64,000 nucleotides of DNA from a virus (IMGVR_UViG_3300042342_001286); one strand, 5' to 3'. Shown: positions 37,977 through 47,901, numbered from the stretch's first letter. Notes: generated from the sequence alone by a model not told the origin. Program-made: numbers and translations.

Positions 37977-39212
37977 ATGAAAGAAATATCAAAGAAAGAC
38001 TTATTAGTTCAATTAAGAGAACAAGGTGAAGTGGATGAGTTTGCCTACAACAAGAAGGGAACACAGGACACATCTAATAAACTTGCAGCGTTTAGACCTA
38101 TTTTTAGAGATGGGAATACCACAAATATACCTGATGGATGGGAACTTAAAAAGTTAAATACAATTGAAGATCCTAATACAGGTATGAAGAAAAAGGAACT
38201 TGTTCCTGGTAGTGAACGTATATGGATCCCATTAGACGGAATGGAATTGGAAGCTTTTAAAGAGGCAAACCAAGAATGGTTAGATAGTTTAGCGGATGAA
38301 CATGGAATAGAACCTGAATTGGTGGCGGCTAAGAAAGTTAAAGATCAACCAAGAAGTGGTAAGGCGGGAACAACATATCAACATTCAGGTAATATTAAAC
38401 CGGCAACTACTAAAATTAAAATAGAACTTAATCGTACAGTTGAAGAATACTTAGGTAATCCTGAAGTATCGGCTCGTTTAGAAAGATTGAGTATCCCTGA
38501 GGTCAAATCAAGAGACAGAAAACACTTAAATAGATATGGTAGAGTTGATAACGATCAAATCAACTATCAAACACACACATTCAATTCATACTTATCAGCA
38601 ACTCAATTCTTAAAGTTTGTAACGGCGAGAATCGGTGGTAAGAAATTAGAAGATGAATACAAATCATATCACTTAGCTCGTCAGTTTAACCAACAATACA
38701 TGAATTGGGAAGAGACGAAGAAGAATAGTAAACAATATATGGGTAAAACTGACTCATATATGTTGGATAAATATGGTTTTGATGAGGCGAATTTGGATGT
38801 GACGGTTAGAATGGACTTATCAATTAAAGGACAACTACTTGATAATCAATACTTATGGACTGTTAGATTTAAAACTAAATTTGGTAGAAAACTTAAGGAA
38901 GACAGATGGGTTAATAATGGTTTAGAATTAGATAGAGACGAGACCATTAGAAAGACGGCTGAATTGGAACCAGGAACTAAATTTGATGATAAAATGACGG
39001 TTATGGATAGTTTACCTATCAAGACAGCACTTATCGAAGCAATGGACGAATTAAAGGGTATGATCATGACCCAATTCAAACCAGTTGAGATGTTGAAGAA
39101 GGCTAACGTTAAACAATACGACATCACTAACAAACCTAATGTTAATGAAGGTGTTGAAATTGCAAAACAAGTTATTAAAAGAATAAATAACATAAAGAAA
39201 CTTAAAAAATAA
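37977..39212 (+). CDS. hypothetical protein, putative head-internal
   Basis: TATTTATA upstream; leader ending QLRE. Confidence 0.6.
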   Translation: MKEISKKDLLVQLREQGEVDEFAYNKKGTQDTSNKLAAFRPIFRDGNTTNIPDGWELKKLNTIEDPNTGMKKKELVPGSERIWIPLDGMELEAFKEANQEWLDSLADEHGIEPELVAAKKVKDQPRSGKAGTTYQHSGNIKPATTKIKIELNRTVEEYLGNPEVSARLERLSIPEVKSRDRKHLNRYGRVDNDQINYQTHTFNSYLSATQFLKFVTARIGGKKLEDEYKSYHLARQFNQQYMNWEETKKNSKQYMGKTDSYMLDKYGFDEANLDVTVRMDLSIKGQLLDNQYLWTVRFKTKFGRKLKEDRWVNNGLELDRDETIRKTAELEPGTKFDDKMTVMDSLPIKTALIEAMDELKGMIMTQFKPVEMLKKANVKQYDITNKPNVNEGVEIAKQVIKRINNIKKLKK

Positions 39213-39268
39213 AAGAGCCCATCCTTGGATAGTATCCTTGGATTGACACACGTACGTGTTTCGCCCTG

Positions 39269-39297
39269 ATCCCCACAGAAATGTGGGGATTTTTTTT
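39269..39297 (+). terminator. intrinsic terminator with GAAA tetraloop
   Basis: ATCCCCACA-GAAA-TGTGGGGAT followed by a T run. Confidence 0.9.
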
Positions 39298-39304
39298 GTA
39301 TTAT

Positions 39305-39335
39305 TTTGTATATTCAAAAACATTTCATATCTTTG
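39305..39335 (+). promoter_or_regulatory. Bacteroidota-type sigma70 promoter
   Basis: TTTG(39305)-19 nt-TATCTTTG(39328). Confidence 0.75.
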
Positions 39336-39340
39336 TTGGT

Positions 39341-39754
39341 ATGAATATATTACTAATAATTTTCATAATATTGGTTTGGGTAACCTCATCTGTATATGTG
39401 ATGTATTATCATAATAAACATTACACATTAGGTTTGGATATGGTAATAGGTGCAATATTGTTAGGACCAATATTAGCTTTAATAGTGGGAAAGGATGTTG
39501 AAGAGAAGAAGAAATATTATGGGGTAATGGAACAGGAGAGTAATGATAGACATAGAGGATGGTTTAGAACAATGTCAGAAATTAATAGACAACGAATGAC
39601 AAGTTTTGGTAGGTCCATTCCACCTCCACCACCAATATCACGAATTGCCCAAGCACAATCAGAGAGAGATGAAGCAGTTAGGTCGGCAATAGAAAGAATA
39701 GATAAAAATAAATTAAAAGACTTCAAATTTTTGAGGAGTAATGTTAAAGATTGA
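39341..39754 (+). CDS. two-TM membrane protein with C-terminal FKFL tag
   Basis: ATG just after the promoter; ends KLKDFKFLRSNVKD. Confidence 0.65.
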   Translation: MNILLIIFIILVWVTSSVYVMYYHNKHYTLGLDMVIGAILLGPILALIVGKDVEEKKKYYGVMEQESNDRHRGWFRTMSEINRQRMTSFGRSIPPPPPISRIAQAQSERDEAVRSAIERIDKNKLKDFKFLRSNVKD

Positions 39755-40394
39755 TAACGATAGAAAAGTATGGGTGACTTCGGACACACACTATTCACAC
39801 ACAAACATATGTCGTGGAATAACTAATTGGAGATTGCCTAATGGTGATGTACCAGAGAAACAAACACGCCCATTTGAAACATTGGATAAGATGAATGCAT
39901 CAATTGTGAATAACATCAACGAGGTCGTTGGTCAGGACGATGTGTTGATACATTTTGGTGATTGGTCATTCGGTGGGTTTGAAACTATTGAAGAACTTCG
40001 TAATAGAATATGGTGTAAAGAAATACATTTAATTTATGGGAATCATGACCACCATCTGGTTAACAATAGAGATAACTGTCAAAAACTATTTACTTCAACA
40101 CAATGGTTTCTACAATTGAATTATATGGGTGAGACAATGGAATGTATGCACTTTCCCATCCTGTCATGGAATGGACTGGGTAAGGGTCGTATACACCTTC
40201 ACGGACATTCTCACCTCCCTAATGAAAAGAAAATATCATTTAGAAGAATGGATGTTGGTATGGACGGACATCCTGAATTTAGACCTTACGATTTACATAG
40301 GGAGATAATGAACCCAATGAAGAAACAACCGATAGGTTCTGAACTTGGAGATGACGAACATCATATTGATAAATTGAAAAATGTTGTAGGATAA
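39741..40394 (+). CDS. calcineurin-like metallophosphoesterase
   Basis: SDTHY, HFGD, YGNHD, HLHGHSH, DVG. Confidence 0.85.
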   Translation: MLKIDNDRKVWVTSDTHYSHTNICRGITNWRLPNGDVPEKQTRPFETLDKMNASIVNNINEVVGQDDVLIHFGDWSFGGFETIEELRNRIWCKEIHLIYGNHDHHLVNNRDNCQKLFTSTQWFLQLNYMGETMECMHFPILSWNGLGKGRIHLHGHSHLPNEKKISFRRMDVGMDGHPEFRPYDLHREIMNPMKKQPIGSELGDDEHHIDKLKNVVG

Positions 40395-40439
40395 TTTTTT
40401 TATTCCACAATTTTTAGTTATATTATTAAAAACAAAATA

Positions 40440-41012
40440 ATGACAACTAAAGAAAGAATAGAAAAATGTTTAGAGAAACATGAGAATAAAAATATAGTAG
40501 ATAATAATTTACCGTTTTTTGATTACGTTTTAGAATGTTACAATAAATGTATACCACAATCTTATGGACCTAAGATTGAAAAGAGAATTATTAAAGAATA
40601 TAATTTAGGTAGTATAAAAAAAAGTCAAAGTAGGGGAGATTTTTATGTTAAGGAAAATTCAATTATTTCATCAACATTTAAAAATATTTTTAAACCAAAC
40701 GATTCTTCGGAAATAAAAGTTAGTTTTTTAAGTGGCCTTGGTAATAGTGCTTCGTTTAACTTCATTCAACTTAGACCATATGAAACGTTTGATTTTTATA
40801 CATTTGTTACGATAGATTTTGATTTGATTAACAGAGATGCAATATTGGAATGGTATTTATTAAAAAAAGATGTTGTCCATAATGAATTTAATCTTCATCT
40901 TATTCATGGAGGAAAAGAAAGTAATAAAGAAAATAAAAATAAAGAATATAAATTACATGTTGTTAAAAATTCCGAACAACATAAAAAATTGAAGGAATTA
41001 AATTTAATATGA
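40440..41012 (+). CDS. putative PD-(D/E)xK restriction endonuclease
   Basis: RGDFY...EIKVS; overlaps a methyltransferase gene. Confidence 0.5.
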   Translation: MTTKERIEKCLEKHENKNIVDNNLPFFDYVLECYNKCIPQSYGPKIEKRIIKEYNLGSIKKSQSRGDFYVKENSIISSTFKNIFKPNDSSEIKVSFLSGLGNSASFNFIQLRPYETFDFYTFVTIDFDLINRDAILEWYLLKKDVVHNEFNLHLIHGGKESNKENKNKEYKLHVVKNSEQHKKLKELNLI

Positions 41013-41794
41013 GTATAGAACTAAAGAATGGAAATGTGTTTGATTTAATAAAAGATATTCCTAATGATAGTGTAGATTTAATATTAACCGACCCTCCATA
41101 TGGAATTAATCACTCTGACGGATTTATTAAATCTTCAAAAAAAGAAAAAAAGACGGCTCATAAAATTTTAGGGGATAATGTTAAAGACATTGATTGGGAC
41201 ATTTTATTAGAAGAATTTCATAGAGTTCTAAAACCAAAAAAAATGTGTTATATTTTTGGTAGAACAGACATGTTCATGAGAATAGGTCAAAATGTAATTA
41301 ATTCTAAATTAAAATATTGTCATGATTTTTTATGGAGAAAGGGAGATATGAATTATGGTAATTTAAACATAATGGGAAACGTTCACGAATTATGTATTGG
41401 GTTATCTAAGGGTTCTGCGGAAAAATCAAGACCCTTAGTTTTTGACGGAGAGGAGAAAAAAAGATACAAGGCCGAGTATAATGGTAAGGTTTCATCCGTT
41501 GAATATTATGACCATCCCACACAAAAACCAATCGGATTATTGAGTTATTTTATTTTAAATAGAACGGACGAAAATGATTTAATATTAGACCCATTTGCTG
41601 GTGTATCATCAACTCTAATGGCTGCAAAAAATTTAAACAGAAATTCAATTGGGTTTGAAATTGATGAAATATTTTATGATCTTTCATTGAAAAGATTATC
41701 TGATGAAGAGCATATTAAAATTTGTAAAAAACAAATAATTTTAGGAATGTCATATTCTAAATGTGGTTTAACTGAATTTAAATCAAAATTATAA
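41009..41794 (+). CDS. beta-class N4/N6 DNA methyltransferase
   Basis: TDPPYG, HPTQKP, LDPFAG in beta order. Confidence 0.9.
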   Translation: MSIELKNGNVFDLIKDIPNDSVDLILTDPPYGINHSDGFIKSSKKEKKTAHKILGDNVKDIDWDILLEEFHRVLKPKKMCYIFGRTDMFMRIGQNVINSKLKYCHDFLWRKGDMNYGNLNIMGNVHELCIGLSKGSAEKSRPLVFDGEEKKRYKAEYNGKVSSVEYYDHPTQKPIGLLSYFILNRTDENDLILDPFAGVSSTLMAAKNLNRNSIGFEIDEIFYDLSLKRLSDEEHIKICKKQIILGMSYSKCGLTEFKSKL

Positions 41795-41801
41795 TTATAC
41801 C

Positions 41802-42044
41802 ATGACTTTAGAAGAAATAATTGAAATGTTTCCTGAGGAGGATTTCTTAACCGCAGATGGTTTTGACGGTGCAATAGTTGGTGTTGAACCAAATAGTATG
41901 AGATTAGTATATGATCGTGATAAGATGATTGGTATATTGATGACAGATGAGGAGATGGAAGAGATTGATGCTATAGAGTATTTGGAATACAACACATGGA
42001 ATGCTTATGTCGGTGAGAAGACACCAATTTTTATTGAAATTTAA
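41802..42044 (+). CDS. acidic phage hypothetical protein
   Basis: ADGFDGAIVG...EYNTWNAYVGEKTP. Confidence 0.65.
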   Translation: MTLEEIIEMFPEEDFLTADGFDGAIVGVEPNSMRLVYDRDKMIGILMTDEEMEEIDAIEYLEYNTWNAYVGEKTPIFIEI

Positions 42045-42055
42045 AATTATATTAT

Positions 42056-42340
42056 ATGATGTTATTTGTGGTTATTTTATTAGTGATTTTTGTTGTAGTA
42101 CCCGGTGTCATTTTTTTTAAGATGGAGATAGGGATAACAAACGATAGACTACGATGGTTAGAAGAAAGATTAACTAAGTTAGAAAAGGATGCGGTTAAGA
42201 TTACATTTACCCCAAAACCAAATCCAAAACAATTTGATGGGGTTAAAAGTGAGGAACCATTTGTGAAAACTAGAACCAAACGCAAACCCAAATCAGTAAA
42301 AGATTGGGAAGATAACTATGATTTAGGAGGACACGAATAA
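42056..42340 (+). CDS. membrane-anchored hypothetical protein
   Basis: N-terminal TM. Confidence 0.55.
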   Translation: MMLFVVILLVIFVVVPGVIFFKMEIGITNDRLRWLEERLTKLEKDAVKITFTPKPNPKQFDGVKSEEPFVKTRTKRKPKSVKDWEDNYDLGGHE

Positions 42341-42879
42341 TGAAGTTTAACAAGACAGACATAGAAGGTTGTTATATAATAACTTACGATACATTCGTGG
42401 ATCACCGTGGGTACTTCGGGGTACCATACAATAAAGAAATATTCAACCATAACGTGGGTTATGATGTGGAGTTCGTTCAGGATAATATGTCGTATTCTCA
42501 TATAGGAACGATTAGAGGACTTCATTTTCAAACAGGTGAGTACGAACAGGCTAAACTTGTTGCGTGTATCACTGGACGAGTATTGGACGTTATCGTTGAT
42601 ATTAGAAAGGGTTCCCCAAGTTATGGTAAGGTTGTTGAGGTTGAACTTGGTTGGGGGAAAAACAAAGAAGTGTTTGTACCAAGAGGATGTGCTCACGGAT
42701 TCTCAGCGTTAAGTGATAATACAATAGTCCAATATAAAGTTGATAACCCATATAACAAAGAAAGTGAAGGTGGGATCATATACAACGACCCAACTTTGAA
42801 TATCAAATGGAGAGTGAGTGGTTACTTAGAAAGAATATCTGAAAAGGATTTAGTACTACCCACCTTTTTATCGTTATAA
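42340..42879 (+). CDS. rmlC: dTDP-4-dehydrorhamnose 3,5-epimerase
   Basis: DHRGYF, FVQDN, IRGLHFQ, QAKLV, AHGF, VQYKVD. Confidence 0.93.
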   Translation: MKFNKTDIEGCYIITYDTFVDHRGYFGVPYNKEIFNHNVGYDVEFVQDNMSYSHIGTIRGLHFQTGEYEQAKLVACITGRVLDVIVDIRKGSPSYGKVVEVELGWGKNKEVFVPRGCAHGFSALSDNTIVQYKVDNPYNKESEGGIIYNDPTLNIKWRVSGYLERISEKDLVLPTFLSL

Positions 42880-42902
42880 AGTATTTATATAAAAAGAATA
42901 TT

Positions 42903-43112
42903 ATGTCAAAAGTAGTAAAAATTAAACAATCAGATATAGAACGTATCGTTGAAAATATTGTCTCAAATGAGATGGATCAAGAGAATTCAATCGCAAAGGA
43001 AGAAGATATGACTGAAAATACGGGTGGTGAACAGTTTATGGTTGCCAAGAGTGATGATGGTAAGTTTGCCGTTATTAACATCAAAACAGGTGAAGTTTTA
43101 GGAATGAAATAA
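42903..43112 (+). CDS. small protein with KIKQSDIERIV leader, putative head-internal
   Basis: TATTTATA at 42882; leader motif. Confidence 0.6.
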   Translation: MSKVVKIKQSDIERIVENIVSNEMDQENSIAKEEDMTENTGGEQFMVAKSDDGKFAVINIKTGEVLGMK

Positions 43113-43138
43113 GTTATACACATTTTACACACATTTAG

Positions 43139-43167
43139 AACCCCAAAAAATACTTTGGGGTTTTTTT
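43139..43167 (+). terminator. intrinsic terminator
   Basis: AACCCCAAA...TTTGGGGTT followed by a T run. Confidence 0.85.
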
Positions 43168-43176
43168 ATTATTTTC

Positions 43177-43208
43177 TTTGATATTCCAAAATATATTTTA
43201 TATCTTTG
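43177..43208 (+). promoter_or_regulatory. Bacteroidota-type sigma70 promoter
   Basis: TTTG-20 nt-TATCTTTG. Confidence 0.75.
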
Positions 43209-43212
43209 TCCC

Positions 43213-43527
43213 ATGAGTTATATAATAGGTAGTAAGTGCGTTAGTTGTATTGACGGATCATGTTTAAAAGTGTGTCCTGTTGATTGTATTAACGGTCCAA
43301 TTTACCCCGATAAAATGGGTAGTGAGTCTCTTACATTGACTGATGAGGAGAAGGTGGGGAAACAACTATATATCAACCCAGACGTATGTATTGATTGTGG
43401 TGCGTGTCTCCCTGAATGTCCTGTGGATGCTATCCACCCAACCGAAGAATGGGCAATCAAGGACGGTGAGTTGGAATATGTCAACAAGAACTATGAATTT
43501 TACGGACAAACTTACAAACATAGATAA
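43213..43527 (+). CDS. 4Fe-4S dicluster ferredoxin
   Basis: CVSCIDGSCLKVCPVDCI and CIDCGACLPECPVDAI. Confidence 0.9.
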   Translation: MSYIIGSKCVSCIDGSCLKVCPVDCINGPIYPDKMGSESLTLTDEEKVGKQLYINPDVCIDCGACLPECPVDAIHPTEEWAIKDGELEYVNKNYEFYGQTYKHR

Positions 43528-43529
43528 AA

Positions 43530-43727
43530 ATGAAACCACTAACTTACTACAAAGGACCAGAGATATTTTGGTTCCGGATCTTTGGATATGGATTATCCTT
43601 TAGATCCTTCAAACACGGATTTGTGCCATTTTCCATAAGATATGGATATCGTAAAACCTTTAACCTATTTGGTTATCGAGTTGAATTTTTAAAACGAGAA
43701 AAAAGAAACAAATGGCAAAGAGACTAA
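43530..43727 (+). CDS. hypothetical protein
   Basis: 65-aa ORF. Confidence 0.5.
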   Translation: MKPLTYYKGPEIFWFRIFGYGLSFRSFKHGFVPFSIRYGYRKTFNLFGYRVEFLKREKRNKWQRD

Positions 43728-43845
43728 TCCAAAAGAAAATATTATACTACGAAACGTTATTAACCGAAACCAAAGGTTTTTTTAAAAGATTACAAATAAA
43801 GTTTTGGATGCACAATGAATATTGTAAACTAAAAAAATATAAATA

Positions 43846-44034
43846 ATGGATAAGTTATTATATTTTATCAGAAAAGAATTGGTTCTTCATTTAGAATTTT
43901 ATGGAACATATCCACATGCAAGGGTTGGTTGGATATGGATTATCATTGCATTTTTTTTCTTCGGTTATTTTAGTTATATTTTATGTGGGACCATTACGGT
44001 CATCGCAATTTATAATTTAATAAATCGTAGATAA
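43846..44034 (+). CDS. small membrane protein
   Basis: Hydrophobic C-terminal half. Confidence 0.5.
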   Translation: MDKLLYFIRKELVLHLEFYGTYPHARVGWIWIIIAFFFFGYFSYILCGTITVIAIYNLINRR

Positions 44035-44035
44035 T

Positions 44036-44287
44036 ATGATATTCTTTTTAATTTATGTTGTTGGATTTATTCTAACACTAACATTCTTAAAGTTATTCGG
44101 TAAGAAAATGGAGATTGATTATGATCCACCACACGAACCTGACTATGATGACTATAAAAATAATGCTGAGGCCTATCTATTCTTTTCATTGAGTTGGTTT
44201 GTAACGGCACCAATGTTTATTGTTGTTGCAACAATTCAGTTGTTATATAAATTCACCCAATGGTTTATGAAATACCCAAACATTTAA
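44036..44287 (+). CDS. two-TM small membrane protein
   Basis: Hydrophobic termini. Confidence 0.55.
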   Translation: MIFFLIYVVGFILTLTFLKLFGKKMEIDYDPPHEPDYDDYKNNAEAYLFFSLSWFVTAPMFIVVATIQLLYKFTQWFMKYPNI

Positions 44288-44288
44288 T

Positions 44289-44489
44289 ATGATACTACTA
44301 ATATACTGGATACTAACAACAATATATGGAACATATTGGTTAGTTAAACACCCATCAGATAGAAGATGCGAGGATGATGATGAATTTACATTATTGGAAG
44401 TTATTGCTAAGACCGTTCCAGCCGCATTATTATCGTGGCTATTTGTTCCAATGTTTTTATTACACCAAGTTAAATTTAAAAGAAGATAA
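44289..44489 (+). CDS. two-TM small membrane protein
   Basis: Same architecture as the upstream ORF. Confidence 0.55.
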   Translation: MILLIYWILTTIYGTYWLVKHPSDRRCEDDDEFTLLEVIAKTVPAALLSWLFVPMFLLHQVKFKRR

Positions 44490-44490
44490 C

Positions 44491-44640
44491 ATGAAAAAAT
44501 ACGAATACCTATCAAGACCATTACAAATTACCGAACATCTTAACACCTTAGGTCAAGAAGGTTGGGAACTAGTATGTATAAATCAAAACATCTTTATCTT
44601 TAAGAGAGAGATTGTTGAAGAAAAAACTAAAAAGAAATAA
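44491..44640 (+). CDS. DUF4177-like protein
   Basis: LNTLGQEGWELV...FKRE. Confidence 0.7.
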   Translation: MKKYEYLSRPLQITEHLNTLGQEGWELVCINQNIFIFKREIVEEKTKKK

Positions 44641-44641
44641 T

Positions 44642-44887
44642 ATGGCAAAGGCAACATTAGAATTTGATTTAAATGATCACGACGATAAAATGGCACATTT
44701 AAGAGCGGTTAAATCTCTTGATATGGCAATCGCATTGTGGGATATCACACACAACACAAAGAAAGGATTGGAATGGTCAATGGAGGGTAAAGAGTTAGAC
44801 AAATATGATGCGTTAGAGTTAGTATTTGATAAGATTTATGAAATATTAAAAGAACATAATATTTCTGTTGACGAATTGATGGATTAA
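44642..44887 (+). CDS. phage hypothetical protein
   Basis: MAKATLEFDL start; operon context. Confidence 0.6.
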   Translation: MAKATLEFDLNDHDDKMAHLRAVKSLDMAIALWDITHNTKKGLEWSMEGKELDKYDALELVFDKIYEILKEHNISVDELMD

Positions 44888-44938
44888 ATTTGGAATTACA
44901 AATAAAAATATTTATATTTTAGAATAAAACAATACACC

Positions 44939-45988
44939 ATGTCGAGAATTAAAGACTTAAGAACCAACGAAGACCACAACCTAAACATCGTTTCAATATT
45001 GGAAATGTTTAGTCCTGAGGGTAAATCAAAGTATACGGAGACATTACTTCGTATGATGAAGAACACACCAAATCTAAAAGATCACACCAAAGAAATTAAA
45101 TTAGTGTTGATTGATAAGTTTCCATTTATGGAAAAGAGTAAGTTAGATTTAATGAGTGACATTCAATTGATGTTATTGTATAAGTTTATTGATGGATTCT
45201 TCAATATGGAAGATTTACAGAAGTATAGAAAGTTTTGTGAATACAACGAAAGAAATTTAATTGAAGAAAATGATTTAACAAAATACAAATCATTTGAACA
45301 GATGATTGCGGCAATGGGTGTTGCTGAAATGAAATCAGAAGAAAAAGAATTAGAAACACAAGTTATTAAAATACATGAAGATGCTGAGTGGTTATTAATT
45401 AGACCTTTAACATTCAAATCATCTTGTAAGTATGGTGCAAATACTAAATGGTGCACAACAACAGAACACAATCAAGAATACTATAACAAATATGCAAAGA
45501 GAGGAGTGTTAGTTTATTGTATCAATAAGAAGACTGGTTATAAGGTTGCAGCATTTTATTCATTAGATAAAAACGAACCTGAGTTTTCATATTGGAATCA
45601 AAAAGATACTCGTATTGATTCAACTGATTCTAATTTACCATTAGAACTAATTGGCTTTATTCGTGATTATGTTAAAGATCCTAAAGTGAAATCTAACACA
45701 GCAATGTTAAGTGGAGACCAAAAAAAGAAAGAGTTGGTAAGTGGAAGAAAGGCGGCAATTAGTGATAGAGTTGCTTCAGCAGTAAGAAGAGCACAAGAAG
45801 AGATTGAAGTACATGGACCAATGGAAGAATCTGTAATGGAACAACCTGAATTACCATTTTACGATGAGAGAGGTGATGAAACGGAGGTAGAAGAAGAGGT
45901 AACAAGTTACCGAATTCCTGAACAACCTGAAAGCCCACTTGATAGAATGCAATGGAAATCAACAATTAATACTTCGGAAACTGAATAA
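44939..45988 (+). CDS. phage hypothetical protein with YGxxTKWC motif and acidic tail
   Basis: SCKYGANTKWCTT. Confidence 0.65.
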   Translation: MSRIKDLRTNEDHNLNIVSILEMFSPEGKSKYTETLLRMMKNTPNLKDHTKEIKLVLIDKFPFMEKSKLDLMSDIQLMLLYKFIDGFFNMEDLQKYRKFCEYNERNLIEENDLTKYKSFEQMIAAMGVAEMKSEEKELETQVIKIHEDAEWLLIRPLTFKSSCKYGANTKWCTTTEHNQEYYNKYAKRGVLVYCINKKTGYKVAAFYSLDKNEPEFSYWNQKDTRIDSTDSNLPLELIGFIRDYVKDPKVKSNTAMLSGDQKKKELVSGRKAAISDRVASAVRRAQEEIEVHGPMEESVMEQPELPFYDERGDETEVEEEVTSYRIPEQPESPLDRMQWKSTINTSETE

Positions 45989-45989
45989 T

Positions 45990-46187
45990 ATGGATGCGGT
46001 TAAGATAGATAAACTACAACAGAAGTTAAAGAAACTCAAGGAGGACCTCCACTATTGGGAGGTGGAGTTCCAACCTTCGGGTAATATGGGTAAATGGGGT
46101 AGAAGTGTTAGAATTACCACTTTAACAGGTAAAATAAAGGATACTGAGGATAAAATAAGGGAGGAGTTAAAAAAGGGATATAAGTAG
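45990..46187 (+). CDS. small coiled-coil protein
   Basis: ATG start chosen at MDAVK. Confidence 0.5.
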   Translation: MDAVKIDKLQQKLKKLKEDLHYWEVEFQPSGNMGKWGRSVRITTLTGKIKDTEDKIREELKKGYK

Positions 46188-46199
46188 ATATTTATAGGT

Positions 46200-46457
46200 A
46201 TGAAGGTCATTTTAACTGAAAATCAATTAAATACACTTATTTTGGAGTACTATGATAGGAATAAACCTTATATTAGAACTCATATTTTCAGGGCTTTAGA
46301 GGGGGCACCAGGGTATCTTAAATCTTATTTGAAGGGGTTACCAAGATTTTACGTTAGAGACGAACAAGGTAATCCACATACTGATGGTGAGGGTAAAAAA
46401 ATCATTTATACCAAAATCCCTGAGATTATTTACGATTTTATTCACGGAAAATTTTAA
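46200..46457 (+). CDS. small protein with KVILTENQL leader, putative head-internal
   Basis: TATTTATA at 46189; leader ending LILE. Confidence 0.6.
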   Translation: MKVILTENQLNTLILEYYDRNKPYIRTHIFRALEGAPGYLKSYLKGLPRFYVRDEQGNPHTDGEGKKIIYTKIPEIIYDFIHGKF

Positions 46458-46463
46458 AATATT

Positions 46464-46494
46464 TTTGGAATATCCCAAAAATACACTATCTTTG
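46464..46494 (+). promoter_or_regulatory. Bacteroidota-type sigma70 promoter
   Basis: TTTG-19 nt-TATCTTTG. Confidence 0.75.
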
Positions 46495-46511
46495 TACTCT
46501 AAATTAAAAAT

Positions 46512-46910
46512 ATGGGTAAAAAAACTGCATGTGTTAATCCTTATGTTTTTCCTGGATTAAAACTAACACAACGAGAAAGAGAGAATTTTAAAAACAATCA
46601 AAGATCTTTAAGGTATCGTATATCTAAAGATGAGATTTTAGAAATTATTGCCGAAGAATGTTGTATTAAGGTAAGTGATATTGCCGATAGAACACGAAAA
46701 AGAGAAGTAATTAATGGTCGGTTTATTTTCTGTGGCATAATGAAAGAACATTTTGGATATTCATTAAAAAAAATTGGAGAATTTGTTGGAGGTAGAGATC
46801 ACACAACCGTTATCCATTCAATTGAAAAATATCACGATAGATATCAGAACGAAGAACATTATCGCATGTTAGTTAATAACGTTTATAACAAAATAGGAAT
46901 AACAAAATAA
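46512..46910 (+). CDS. stand-alone DnaA domain IV (Bac_DnaA_C) HTH protein
   Basis: SLKKIGEFVGGRDHTTVIHSIEK signature; no AAA+ domain. Confidence 0.85.
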   Translation: MGKKTACVNPYVFPGLKLTQRERENFKNNQRSLRYRISKDEILEIIAEECCIKVSDIADRTRKREVINGRFIFCGIMKEHFGYSLKKIGEFVGGRDHTTVIHSIEKYHDRYQNEEHYRMLVNNVYNKIGITK

Positions 46911-46911
46911 T

Positions 46912-47457
46912 ATGAAAACATTAATTATACATCCGGCAGACCCGAGCACATCATTCTTAGATATTGTGTATGAATCAGTCCAAGATAAAACAGTCATCAC
47001 AGGTGGAGTTTCTAAAGGTGATTTGATTAAATTAATTGATGAACATGATCGAGTGATGATGATGGGTCACGGCAGCCCTGCTGGATTATTTTCGGTGGGA
47101 CAATTTAAAAATACAGGTGCATACATTATTGATCAATCAATGATACCATATATAAAACAGAAAAAAGATAATGTTTATATTTGGTGCAATGCCGATAAAT
47201 TTGTTGAGATATTTGGATTGAAGGGATTTTATTCTGGAATGTTTATCAGCGAAGTAGGTGAAGCAAATTATTGTAATTTACCAGGTATGAGTCAAGAAAT
47301 TGTTGATGAATCTAATTATGGATTTGTTAACATTATTGCAAAATACATCAATGAAAATACCGATAATATTCATGAAAATGTTAAGAATGAATATGGATTA
47401 ATTGCCGAAAATAATCCCGTAGCACTTTATAATAATAATCGTTTATATAAATCTTAA
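46912..47457 (+). CDS. hypothetical protein
   Basis: 181-aa ORF; MMMGHGS, YIWCNAD. Confidence 0.6.
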   Translation: MKTLIIHPADPSTSFLDIVYESVQDKTVITGGVSKGDLIKLIDEHDRVMMMGHGSPAGLFSVGQFKNTGAYIIDQSMIPYIKQKKDNVYIWCNADKFVEIFGLKGFYSGMFISEVGEANYCNLPGMSQEIVDESNYGFVNIIAKYINENTDNIHENVKNEYGLIAENNPVALYNNNRLYKS

Positions 47458-47468
47458 AATAAAATAAA

Positions 47469-47900
47469 ATGAGTCAAGTAAAAATTTCAACAGGTAAAGG
47501 TGATATGATTGTAGAGTTATATGATAATGAAACACCAATTACAACAAATAACTTTAAAAAATTAATTGGTGAAGGATTTTACAACGGATTAAATTTTCAT
47601 AGAGTACTACCAAATTTTGTAATTCAAGGCGGATGTCCAAACGGAACAGGATCTGGTGGACCTGGTTATAATATTCCTTGTGAAGTTACCGCCGAAAAAC
47701 AATACCACGATAAAGGAGTATTATCAATGGCACATGCAGGAAGAAACACAGGTGGATCACAATTCTTCATTTGCCACAGTAGACAAGGAACGCAACATTT
47801 AGATAGAAACCATACTTGTTTTGGTAAAGTTATTGATGGTTTAGATGTTATAGATATGATCCAACAAGGAGATAAAATAAACGAAATTTCAATTTTATAA
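47469..47900 (+). CDS. cyclophilin-type peptidyl-prolyl isomerase
   Basis: FHRVLPNFVIQGG, LSMAHAGRNTGGSQFFI, HTCFGKV. Confidence 0.95.
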   Translation: MSQVKISTGKGDMIVELYDNETPITTNNFKKLIGEGFYNGLNFHRVLPNFVIQGGCPNGTGSGGPGYNIPCEVTAEKQYHDKGVLSMAHAGRNTGGSQFFICHSRQGTQHLDRNHTCFGKVIDGLDVIDMIQQGDKINEISIL

Positions 47901-47901
47901 T

